DNA of 32,000 bases from Methanopyrus kandleri AV19 (GTDB lineage: Archaea > JAADCQ01 > Methanopyri > Methanopyrales > Methanopyraceae): the NCBI RefSeq assembly GCF_000007185.1, contig NC_003551.1:240001-272000 (forward strand), in the 5' to 3' direction. A program made the position numbers and the translations under genes. The notes under the pieces are model-generated. The model made no database searches. It worked only from the letters and a program-made list of their open reading frames with translations, and was not told where the DNA came from. Shown in pieces: positions 18,054 to 26,245 of the stretch. The stretch's first letter is position 1. Every line of letters begins with the position of its first letter.

Positions 18054-19379
18054 GTGACGTTCTTTCGACACATCCTGCTGGCGTCCTTGGCGTGTCTCAC
18101 GCTTCCCATCGCGGCAACATGTGTGAATGAAGAATTCGAATCGAAGGTCGAAAGTCTGATACAGAATCCCGACTTCCAGGGTACGAAGGAGATCACGCTG
18201 TACGCATCGGGTTCGTACGTGATGACGGGCCGTATCAAGGTGTCGTACAGAGGACCGGAGGAAGTTGAGCCCGTCGAGGTGGATAAGCTCATCAACGGGC
18301 TGAAGGAACTGCGTGAGGATCTAGATCCGTTGGCCGGTCAAAACGAACCCATCAAAGATCTGCTCGGCGCACTGAAAAAGTTCGACGACACCTCGGACGT
18401 TCTGGAGAAGTTGAAGGAGAAGACGCAGGGGTTGAAGCTCGCAGCGTGTGAGATCGATGTGGATCTATGGTATGTCGGGGAAACTGGTACCCCACCGTCG
18501 GACCTACCCCAGATCCTCCAACAACTGCGGACCGAGGGGGAACTTCATCTCAGCTACAAGATACCTTACCCGGAAGCACACGTATACGTCGTGGGGAGTG
18601 TGGAGCTCCTCGATCGGGCGCTGAACCTACCCATACGAGCGGTGTTCTCGTACGATTATCCCAACGACGGCTCCGGTGTGAAGGTTTCAGTGGATACCGA
18701 GCATCGCAAGTTCACGATAGAAACGACCGATAATATCTACAACCTGATAGTGGTCGAGCTCACGCTCCACGGTGGACTCCAAGAGGTCGAGAAACTGGCG
18801 GACCTCAGCGTCGAGTCCTCGGAGGACCTACAGAAGCTGCTCGAGAATACCGAGGTGAAGGTGGAATGCTACCCACGAGGAGGTCGGACCGCCGAGATCA
18901 ACGGATTACCCCTGATGGTCGATGAAGGGGCCGCGATAGTGGTCTACGCGGTCGGGAGCAACCCCATCAACTCCATCGTCGCGTCTAAGATCGCGGAGCT
19001 CATGGGCAAGAACCCGCTGGTGGTGACTCTAGGAAACGCCGACCTCCAGGTGGGAACCGACGGCAAGACGTTGGTCATCAAGGGATCCGCACCGGGTGGT
19101 CTGGTGGTGATCTACGGGCCGGCCGGACCGGATAACACGCTGGACGTCACCTCTCGAGTAGGCACGTTGCAGGTCGCCAGAGCCCTCGGAGCCCAGGTAC
19201 CGCCGTTAGTTTCTCTGTTCGGATGGATACTGGGACCGCTACTGGGGTCGATCACGACCACTTACACACCCGCGTTCAGCGGCGAGCTACGGATGTCACC
19301 CCGCGGTATCGGGATGGCTACACCCGCGGTGATCGCCGCCCTACTCCTCGGCGTCCACGGACGCCGCCGTTCTAAGTAG
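18054..19379 (+). CDS. Predicted secreted/membrane-anchored protein of unknown function
   Basis: GTG start giving MTFFRHILLASLACLTLPIAATCVNEEF (signal-like); long beta-rich body; C-terminal hydrophobic segment ATPAVIAALLLGV followed by HGRRRSK. Track ORF starts at 17952. Confidence 0.6.
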   Translation: MTFFRHILLASLACLTLPIAATCVNEEFESKVESLIQNPDFQGTKEITLYASGSYVMTGRIKVSYRGPEEVEPVEVDKLINGLKELREDLDPLAGQNEPIKDLLGALKKFDDTSDVLEKLKEKTQGLKLAACEIDVDLWYVGETGTPPSDLPQILQQLRTEGELHLSYKIPYPEAHVYVVGSVELLDRALNLPIRAVFSYDYPNDGSGVKVSVDTEHRKFTIETTDNIYNLIVVELTLHGGLQEVEKLADLSVESSEDLQKLLENTEVKVECYPRGGRTAEINGLPLMVDEGAAIVVYAVGSNPINSIVASKIAELMGKNPLVVTLGNADLQVGTDGKTLVIKGSAPGGLVVIYGPAGPDNTLDVTSRVGTLQVARALGAQVPPLVSLFGWILGPLLGSITTTYTPAFSGELRMSPRGIGMATPAVIAALLLGVHGRRRSK

Positions 19380-19781
19380 TTCCTTGTAGCCGTCGCGCTC
19401 CGGGAACTCCTCGAGCTCCTCGGCTTCTTCCTCCAATTCCTTCAACACCCCTCTCACTTTTTTCCGATCCCTGGAAGCCACGACGAGCACGAACTCATCA
19501 CCCGGTTCCGCCCGATCGATCGCCTCGCGGATTTGACGGGTCCCCGTCAACCTCACCAGGAACTCCAAGTCCAGGGACCGTGCCAGGTTGCGGTCGCTCT
19601 CGAACGCTCGAATGGCGCGACAGGCGGCCGAAGCGATCACGCGGTAATCGGCGTACTCGGTGGAAATCGCCTGGATGATAACCCCCGTCGAAGAGCGCTC
19701 GATTATCCTACGAGGATCACCCCTACGGATCGAACAGTGCAGGTACAGCGGACCGGACCAGTGGTCGAACTTCAGGATCAC
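19341..19781 (-). CDS. cgi121: KEOPS complex subunit Cgi121-like protein
   Basis: CRAIRAFESDRNLARSLDLEFLVRLTGTRQIREAIDRAEPGDEFVLVV matches the archaeal Cgi121 core pattern (A..N.A.S...E.L.R..G.RQI.EAI). Confidence 0.72.
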   Translation of the reverse strand: MILKFDHWSGPLYLHCSIRRGDPRRIIERSSTGVIIQAISTEYADYRVIASAACRAIRAFESDRNLARSLDLEFLVRLTGTRQIREAIDRAEPGDEFVLVVASRDRKKVRGVLKELEEEAEELEEFPERDGYKELLRTAASVDAEE

Positions 19782-19835
19782 GCGACCTCCCCCGCGCCGG
19801 AAAACCTCATTACGCCGATATCATTGTTAATGTTC

Positions 19836-19910
19836 GGCCCGGACCCAGCCGGCGGTCGGGAGGCGGTAGTAACCAGCGATGACCGGCCGACGCCAGCCGT
19901 CCGGGCCACA
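19836..19910 (+). ncRNA. Candidate H/ACA-like guide hairpin
   Basis: Perfect 8-bp basal stem GGCCCGGA (19836-19843)/TCCGGGCC (19900-19907) immediately followed by ACA (19908-19910). Upper stem GGC(G)GTCGG/CCGACGCC; apical GCGATGACC K-turn/K-loop-like element. Confidence 0.5.
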
Positions 19911-19911
19911 T

Positions 19912-19957
19912 CGCCCGGGTGAGGTCCCCCGAATGGGGGCGACCGTGATCCCGGGCG
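19912..19957 (+). ncRNA. Structured hairpin with kink-turn-like internal loop upstream of pheS
   Basis: CGCCCGGG (19912-19919)/CCCGGGCG (19950-19957). Inner CCCCC/GGGGG stem with GAAT loop; UGA opposite GUGAU between helices allows tandem G.A/A.G plus U.U pairs. Confidence 0.45.
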
Positions 19958-20021
19958 GGTTTACCCCGCCCCAATCCGCCACGCAGGGTCGCAGCGGCCG
20001 AACGAACCGGGGGTCCGCCGC

Positions 20022-21596
20022 GTGGACCCGCGGGAACTGGCTGAGCGGTTGACCGAGCGCGACTTAAGGATCCTCATTCACTTAGCGGAAAGCGGGGAAG
20101 CAACACCCGAGGAACTCGCCGAGTCGCTGGACGTCGACCTGGGTCCCGTTATGAGATCACTCTACTGGCTCGAGGAGCGTGGGTTGATAGAGTCCGAGGA
20201 AGAAACGCACGAGGTGTACGAGTTAGGTGATGAAGGAAAGGAGTACGCCGAGGAAGGGCTGCCGGAGCTCCGCATCGTCGAGGTCTTAAGAAAGATAGGC
20301 GGTGAGGGACGACTGGAAGAGGTCCTAGATCGTGCCGGAGTGCCCCGGAAGCTGGCCGGACCCGTCCTAGGATGGCTGAGGAGGAAAGGACTGGCGGAGA
20401 TCAAGAGGGAGGACGGGGAGACGTCGCTCGTTCTCCTGGAGGAGGAGCCTGAGGACGTGGATCAATCCGTGCTCGAGGCGTTGGCCGCTGAGGGTTCCGC
20501 GTCCGTCGAGGAGCTTGCGAGAAAGCTAGAGATGGATGAAGAGGAAGTGGAGAAGGCCCTGAAGAGGTTGAGTGAGCGCGGTGACGTCCTGAGAGCGCGG
20601 GAGGAGACCGTCAAGAAAGTCAGGCTAACCGAACGCGGTGAGGAAGTCGCGGAGCACGCCCCAGAAGTGCTGGAACGTGACTGGATCACGGAGCTGAAAC
20701 CCGAGCATTTGAGGGAGGGAACTTGGAAGGAGAAGGAGTTCAAGCCATACGACGTGAAGGCACCCACGAGTCCTACCTTCCCCGGCAAGCGCCACCCACT
20801 GAAGGAGGTTATCAACGAGATACGTAGGATCTTCCTCGAGATGGGTTTCGTGGAGGTGTCCGGACCGCTGGTCGAGTCCAGCTTCTGGAACTTCGACGCC
20901 CTGTTCCAGCCGCAGGATCACGCCGCCAGGGAGATGCAGGACACCTTCTACCTGAAAGAACCCGCCGAGGCCGAATTGCCGGACGAGGAAGTCGTCGAGA
21001 AGGTCCGGGCCGTGCACGAGGATGGTGGCGACACGGGATCCAGGGGTTGGGGGTACGAGTGGGACGAGGGTGTGGCCCGAAAGACGGTCCTTCGTACTCA
21101 CACGACGGCGGTGTCGGTTCGGAAACTGTACGAGGTGGAGGGGCCTCCACTCAAAGCGTTCTCGATCGGCCGGGTGTACCGGCGCGAGACGGTCGACTAC
21201 AAGCACTTGCCGGAGTTCCATCAGTGTGAGGGAATAGTCCTGGCCAAGGACGTCTCGTTCCGGGACTTGCTCGGGATACTCGAGGAGTTCTACCGACGGA
21301 TGGGGTTCGAAGAGGTCAGGTTCAGGCCCGCCTACTTCCCCTATACGGTCCTCTCCGTCGAACCCGAGGTATACTTCGAGGAGAAAGGCGATTGGGTGGA
21401 GCTAGGCGGTGCGGGCATTTTCCGCCCTGAGGTGCTTCAACCCCTGGGGTTCGATCCCGACGTGGTGTGTTTAGCATGGGGCTTGGGCGTCGAACGACTG
21501 GCGATGCTGAAGTTGGGAATAGACGACATACGAGATCTGTACATGAGCGACCTCAAGACGCTCCTGGAGCTACCCACCGCCAGGGCACGGCGCTGA
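20022..21596 (+). CDS. pheS: Phenylalanyl-tRNA synthetase alpha subunit
   Basis: N-terminal wHTH repeats, then HPLKEVINEIRRIFLEMGFVEVSGPLVESSFWNFDALFQPQDHAAREMQDTFYL; TTAVSVRKLY; FHQCEGIVLAKDVSF; GAGIFRPEVLQPLGF; GLGVERLAML. Confidence 0.96.
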   Translation: MDPRELAERLTERDLRILIHLAESGEATPEELAESLDVDLGPVMRSLYWLEERGLIESEEETHEVYELGDEGKEYAEEGLPELRIVEVLRKIGGEGRLEEVLDRAGVPRKLAGPVLGWLRRKGLAEIKREDGETSLVLLEEEPEDVDQSVLEALAAEGSASVEELARKLEMDEEEVEKALKRLSERGDVLRAREETVKKVRLTERGEEVAEHAPEVLERDWITELKPEHLREGTWKEKEFKPYDVKAPTSPTFPGKRHPLKEVINEIRRIFLEMGFVEVSGPLVESSFWNFDALFQPQDHAAREMQDTFYLKEPAEAELPDEEVVEKVRAVHEDGGDTGSRGWGYEWDEGVARKTVLRTHTTAVSVRKLYEVEGPPLKAFSIGRVYRRETVDYKHLPEFHQCEGIVLAKDVSFRDLLGILEEFYRRMGFEEVRFRPAYFPYTVLSVEPEVYFEEKGDWVELGGAGIFRPEVLQPLGFDPDVVCLAWGLGVERLAMLKLGIDDIRDLYMSDLKTLLELPTARARR

Positions 21597-22271
21597 TCAG
21601 CGGTCCAGGCGTCTCCACACGTCCCTCCAGCGATCCCCACACCTGTGCTTAACCTCGTACTTCAGCAGGTTAAGCAGCGTGGCCACGAATACCTCGTCGG
21701 TACCCCGGATCACGGACTCGGGCCTGAACCCGTTGTTCGCGAGGGTCGCTAACCACGGGATACCCGCCTCGGAGACGAACGCCTCCACCGACACCTCAAG
21801 CTCGGACGAGAAGGCGTCGATTACCGCCAAGACGGCCGCGTCAACGCACACTCGCCACGCGTCACCGTTCGCGGATGTCAGCGGGTACGAGAGTTCCGAA
21901 CCGCGTGACCACGTGAACACGTCCGCCAGAGCCGCCGAGAAAAGTCCCAGGACCCCTGCAGTCAGCGACAGAGGGTTCTCGTCGTCCCGTACGTCCATAG
22001 ACAGTAACATCAGCTCACGATGACCCACCCACACGGGAGCCCGTAGCTCATGAACCCTCAACTTTTTCCCCGTTAGCACGTCCAGGATCCACTTGGGAAC
22101 CTGCACTGCACCCTCCCGGATCCCTGAGAACACGCCGCCCAGACCCCCGGAGATGATGAGACCCCGGTACGCATCGTCGGATCTGTGAAGACCGGCACTC
22201 GGGCTGAGGCCCGTGCACACTTCCCACATCCTTATTACCATGTCTTCACGGGGGGCCGTAGTTGGAGTCAC
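21597..22271 (-). CDS. Hypothetical protein
   Basis: Long ORF in a coding-like frame with no recognised domain. It partly overlaps the 5' end of the 22262 ORF, so the start may be internal. Confidence 0.5.
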   Translation of the reverse strand: MTPTTAPREDMVIRMWEVCTGLSPSAGLHRSDDAYRGLIISGGLGGVFSGIREGAVQVPKWILDVLTGKKLRVHELRAPVWVGHRELMLLSMDVRDDENPLSLTAGVLGLFSAALADVFTWSRGSELSYPLTSANGDAWRVCVDAAVLAVIDAFSSELEVSVEAFVSEAGIPWLATLANNGFRPESVIRGTDEVFVATLLNLLKYEVKHRCGDRWRDVWRRLDR

Positions 22272-22552
22272 CGGTGAAAGAGCATCGGGAAGGAACGCTG
22301 ATCCGAGTGCGGGTGAACCCGGACGCGGATACCACCGATCTGAAGGGGGTCGATGAGTGGCGTGGAGTCCTAGAAGTCGACGTGGCCGCGCCGCCGGTCA
22401 AGGGCAAAGCGAACCGCGAGCTGCTCGAGTTCCTCGGAAGGAAGCTCAACACGACCTGCGAATTGGTCTCGGGGGAGAAGTCCAGGGAGAAGTTAGTGCT
22501 CGCACGAGATGTCTCCGTCGATGAGGTGAAGGAACGGCTGGGATTGCGTTAA
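22262..22552 (+). CDS. YggU/DUF167 family protein
   Basis: TLIRVRVNPDADTTDLKGVDEWRGVLEVDVAAPPVKGKANRELLEFLGRKLNTTCELVSGEKSREKLVLARDVS is typical DUF167. Confidence 0.88.
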   Translation: MESPVKEHREGTLIRVRVNPDADTTDLKGVDEWRGVLEVDVAAPPVKGKANRELLEFLGRKLNTTCELVSGEKSREKLVLARDVSVDEVKERLGLR

Positions 22553-22627
22553 GCGTCACGAGAAGTAGTCGAGCGTACGCAAGGCGGCGACCGCGCGGAA
22601 ATCTCCGAGACGGGTAACGACGCTCGG

Positions 22628-22713
22628 TGTGGGCCCGGGTTGAAGCGACGGGCTCATCGGCGGCGGAACCGCCGACCCTCTTACTAGTGTCCCGTCGCCG
22701 TCCCCCCGGGCCC
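22628..22713 (-). ncRNA. H/ACA box guide sRNA (predicted 16S rRNA pseudouridylation guide)
   Basis: Minus strand: basal stem GGGCCCGGG/CCCGGGCCC (9 bp), pocket GGGACG/TTCAA, upper stem GCGACGGG/CCCGTCGC (8 bp), terminal hairpin TCGGCGG/CCGCCGA with adjacent TGAG, and ACA directly 3' of the basal stem; 14 nt from upper stem to ACA. Confidence 0.78.
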
Positions 22714-22722
22714 TTCATCGGC

Positions 22723-22796
22723 TGTACCCGGCGGTAGCCGACCCGGCGGGTCATCCCCGGGATGGGACCGCGTCACCCGCGGGCGGGGAGGCCGGG
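22723..22796 (-). ncRNA. Candidate second H/ACA-like hairpin in tandem
   Basis: Minus strand: CCCGGC...GCCGGG, then T-ACA (22723-22725). Upper helix CCC-GCGGGT/ACCCGC-C-GGG type; apical GGATGACC; 16 nt from upper stem to ACA. Confidence 0.5.
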
Positions 22797-22978
22797 CTTC
22801 GGTCCGGTGGGTCATCCCTTGCACACGGAGCCTCTTAGTCCGAAGCTCCACCGGAACTCGCCGAATTTTAACCATACCGCCTGAAACAGTCGTAGTCCCA
22901 TCCGAAATCGTAACGTTTTTCTGAAATTAAATACGCCCGTGGAAGGGGGCGAACTCGCCGGTCATCGCCGCCCATCTG

Positions 22979-23827
22979 GTGATTACGCGCCGGTCGGAGT
23001 CCCCCGAGGTGAAACCTCCGCCCGAGGAGGCGTGGATAGGCAGGCCGGTGAGGCCCGCTCAGGGCTTCCACACACGGGTCTCGATGATCGCGGGCGTAAT
23101 GCTGGGAGGACCCGCCGACGTTGAGTTCCCGAGGATGGCCCACCCGCTCGAGCTACCCCATTACCTCGAAATAGACGGCGACACTTGGCGTCGACTGAGG
23201 TGTCGGTTGGAGTCACTGGAGGACAGGAGTCCGGATTTAGGAGACGCCGTCCGGGAATACATCAGGGAAGCGTTCAGGTGTATAACAAAGCCCGACTTCG
23301 CGACGGCCCTTAAAGCGTGCACTCCCGTCATCGCCCTTGACACTCCGCTGTGGCGCGACGCACGAAGTGTGGTTCGCGCGATCGCGAGGCTACTGACGAG
23401 AGTCACGGGAGTCGAGGTACAGCCCCCTCCGGACATCGCGGTAGAACTTCGAGCGACGCTGTACCCGATCGCCGAGCGGGCGCTGGTATCCACACTACTC
23501 GCGCAGGCAGTAGCGCATCGTATTCGATCGTTGGGGTTACGGTCGGAATACCTGAGCGCGTACTTGGACGCGCCCTCCGGTGAGTCCCCACCCCGTGAAC
23601 TCGGGGACGTCTCCGACCTGTACGCGACGCTAGTGAAGGACTTCGATGGGTACCTCGCGCGAGTACTGCGCTTGAACCGGTACGTCACGGTAACGGCCGG
23701 CCGTAGATTCGTGCTCACACCGGACGATTACGACCCGACGTGGAGGGGTTACCTTCAAGGTCTGCGTAGGTTCTGGGAGAACAGACGTGGGATGGAGGAG
23801 ATAATCAGGCAGTGGGGCTTGGCCTGA
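22979..23827 (+). CDS. Hypothetical protein
   Basis: 282-aa ORF with coding-like composition and an AT-rich candidate promoter upstream (TGAAATTAAATAC near 22921-22933). No recognised domain. Confidence 0.55.
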   Translation: MITRRSESPEVKPPPEEAWIGRPVRPAQGFHTRVSMIAGVMLGGPADVEFPRMAHPLELPHYLEIDGDTWRRLRCRLESLEDRSPDLGDAVREYIREAFRCITKPDFATALKACTPVIALDTPLWRDARSVVRAIARLLTRVTGVEVQPPPDIAVELRATLYPIAERALVSTLLAQAVAHRIRSLGLRSEYLSAYLDAPSGESPPRELGDVSDLYATLVKDFDGYLARVLRLNRYVTVTAGRRFVLTPDDYDPTWRGYLQGLRRFWENRRGMEEIIRQWGLA

Positions 23828-25357
23828 TCAGCTACGCTTGCGGGCCATCAGCGAGTTGATACCGTCGATGAACGCCTCCAAGCTCGCCACGACGATGTCT
23901 TCCCGTGAGGAGCCGGAATGCACTATATCACCGGTCTCCGGATCGCGCAGCTTGACATCCACGTGGGTGATAGCGTCGGTACCGCCTGTCAGCGCCTCAG
24001 CCCGATACTCGACGAGCTCGAAGTCGATCCCTTGATCCTTGAGGGCCCGCTCCAACGCCTTGATAGTAGCGTCCACGGGTCCCACGCCGGTAGACGCGGC
24101 CTCCTTCCTGGTCCCGTCGATCTTCACGACGATCGAGGCCGTCGGTATAGTCCTCTTCCCGGTGACCGTCGTGAAATCCTCGACCTCGATGTCACGCTCA
24201 GCCGGTCTCCCCAGTACGTCCTCGGCGATCGCGCGGAGATCGGCCTCGGTGATCCGCTTCCCACGGTCCCCCAACCGCTTGAGGCGTCGGAGGATCTCCA
24301 GGAGCTGCTCGTCGTCGACGTCGACACCCATTTGTTTCAACTTCTTACGGATCACGCTTGTTCCTACGTGTTTACCTAGGACGAACCGGCGTTCATGCCC
24401 GACTTTCTCGGGCGGAATGGGCTCGTAAGTACTCTCGTCCTTTAGGATGCCGTCGGCGTGGATCCCCGACTCGTGGGTGAAAGCGTTCTCACCTACCACG
24501 GCCTTGTTCGGTGGTACCCTAACGCCGGTCAGCCTCTCCACGAGCTTGGAGAGCTCCGTCAGCCGCTCGGTCCGGATGCCGGTGTCCACGCCGTACAGCT
24601 CCTCCAGCACTACCACCACCTCCTCCAACGCCGCGTTGCCGGCGCGCTCGCCGATCCCGTTCACGGTCACGTGGACCTGACGCGCCCCCGCCCTGACGGC
24701 GGCGACGGTGTTGGCCGTCGCCATACCGAAGTCATCGTGACAGTGCACGCTGAGGATGACGTCCTCACCGACGCGCTCCCGGAGCTTCTTCACCGCCAGG
24801 AACATACCCTCCGGCGCCATCACTCCGACGGTGTCGTTGTAACCGAGACGTTCGGCGCCCGCCTCCAGGCAGGCGTCGAACACCTCGTACAGGTACTCGA
24901 GCTCCGTCCTGGTACCGTCTTCGGTGGAAATCTCCACCGTCAACCCGTGATCGCGCGCGTACTCTACGACCTCGCGAGCGCGCTCCAGGACCTCTTCACG
25001 ATCCATCCGAAGCTTCTTCTTCACGTGGACCTCGGAAGTAGGTACGACGATGTGAACCGCGTCGGCCTCGGCTTCGACCGCCGCGTCCACGTCACCCTTC
25101 ACCATACGCGCCATACTGCACACTTCGGCGTCGAGCTCCTCCCGGGCGATGCGCCGAATCGCCTTGAGTTCTCCCTCACTCGCGGCCGCGAAGCCGGCTT
25201 CGATCGTATCCACGCCGATCTCGTCGAGCTTTCGGGCGATCCGCAGCTTTTCCTCGGGGGTCAGAGCGACTCCCGGGGTCTGCTCCCCGTCCCTCAGAGT
25301 GGTGTCGAATATCCTCACCTCGTCCGGCGGGTCCGCGTCCGCGTTGGCCTCTCTCAA
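23828..25357 (-). CDS. leuA: 2-isopropylmalate synthase / related LeuA-family acyltransferase
   Basis: VRIFDTTLRDGEQTPGVALTPEEKLRIARKLDEIGVDTIEAGFAAAS; LSVHCHDDFGMATANTVAAV; VTVNGIGERAGNAALEEVV; HESGIHADG; C-terminal regulatory domain. Substrate (leuA vs cimA vs aksA) not decidable from the sequence alone. Confidence 0.88.
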   Translation of the reverse strand: MREANADADPPDEVRIFDTTLRDGEQTPGVALTPEEKLRIARKLDEIGVDTIEAGFAAASEGELKAIRRIAREELDAEVCSMARMVKGDVDAAVEAEADAVHIVVPTSEVHVKKKLRMDREEVLERAREVVEYARDHGLTVEISTEDGTRTELEYLYEVFDACLEAGAERLGYNDTVGVMAPEGMFLAVKKLRERVGEDVILSVHCHDDFGMATANTVAAVRAGARQVHVTVNGIGERAGNAALEEVVVVLEELYGVDTGIRTERLTELSKLVERLTGVRVPPNKAVVGENAFTHESGIHADGILKDESTYEPIPPEKVGHERRFVLGKHVGTSVIRKKLKQMGVDVDDEQLLEILRRLKRLGDRGKRITEADLRAIAEDVLGRPAERDIEVEDFTTVTGKRTIPTASIVVKIDGTRKEAASTGVGPVDATIKALERALKDQGIDFELVEYRAEALTGGTDAITHVDVKLRDPETGDIVHSGSSREDIVVASLEAFIDGINSLMARKRS

Positions 25358-25404
25358 CAGCTCCCTAACGGCGGATAAAGCGATCCCCCACGTCAGGCAC
25401 GCCC

Positions 25405-26217
25405 CTACAGCCTCTCCTGGACGGCACCGATGAGCTCCCGGTACGCTTCTTCAAGCTTTCGCGGATCGGACCTTCGTGTCCTATCGAGCGGTGGGAGCCT
25501 GACCACCTCCAAGGGCTCCAGGACCTCGAGCAGGCTCAGCGTCACCGCCTCCGGGCCGGCGAGCGTCTCGGCAGCCCGGGCGTAGTCCCTGAGATCGTAC
25601 ACCAGGGCCGTGCCGGGACCGACGGCGACGGCCACGCCGTCGTACTTGAGGACGCCGGGCCAGGGAACGGCCAGGTTGTTCAGGCTCTCCACCAGTACGG
25701 GACCCTCCTTACGGACTCGACTCCAGGCCCGGTCGATCGTCCGACGCAGCTCTTCGGGAGCGGGTTCCTCGCGGACTTCCCTCACCTCGCACTCACGGGC
25801 CATTTCCATCGTCTCGTCGGGCACGTACCTGAGTTCGGTCCCCTCCGTGTACAGGAACACGGTTTCGTCCAACCGGTCCATCAGGACGTACGCGTCGGTC
25901 TGGGCGGAGAAATACCTCAATGAGACGTCGGACTTCACCGCAGTCCCCACGTCGGGAGACGTCCACACGCGGTGAACGGGGTTGAGCGTGATCAACGGCA
26001 GATCAACCTCGGCGACCTTCGCCAGCTTGAGCACGTCACGACTGACGGGCAGCCCGAGCTCCACGCATCTGCGCGTATGGTCGTAGTGCAACCATACGTT
26101 ATGACCGGACCTGGGTTTGAACGGTACGAGGTCGAGCGCAGAGACCAGAGGCAACGCGGCGGTCGTCTTACCGGAGTCGGTTTCTAGAAGGCCGACGACC
26201 AGCACGACGTGCGTCAC
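25405..26217 (-). CDS. Predicted P-loop ATPase/GTPase of unknown function
   Basis: MTHVVLVVGLLETDSGKTTAALPLVSAL; Walker A-like GLLETDSGKTT, and PVLVESLNNLAVPW downstream. Confidence 0.7.
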   Translation of the reverse strand: MTHVVLVVGLLETDSGKTTAALPLVSALDLVPFKPRSGHNVWLHYDHTRRCVELGLPVSRDVLKLAKVAEVDLPLITLNPVHRVWTSPDVGTAVKSDVSLRYFSAQTDAYVLMDRLDETVFLYTEGTELRYVPDETMEMARECEVREVREEPAPEELRRTIDRAWSRVRKEGPVLVESLNNLAVPWPGVLKYDGVAVAVGPGTALVYDLRDYARAAETLAGPEAVTLSLLEVLEPLEVVRLPPLDRTRRSDPRKLEEAYRELIGAVQERL

Positions 26218-26245
26218 GGGCCCTGCCCCCGCGGGGTGAGAGGAG

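Noticed and set aside
22553-22870. RNase P RNA or 7S SRP RNA
   Set aside because: I looked for the conserved RNase P and SRP S-domain motifs (GAGGAAAGUCC; GGAAG...AGCAGC) on both strands and did not find them.
22684-22875. Short minus-strand ORF over the intergenic region
   Set aside because: The region is better explained by multiple long perfect complementary helices with ACA and K-turn features; the translation is Pro/Arg/Gly-rich and unconvincing.
24458-25378. 306-aa ORF opposite leuA
   Set aside because: Antisense shadow ORF caused by high GC and codon bias; the His/Val/Leu-rich translation has no plausible domains and leuA is unambiguous.
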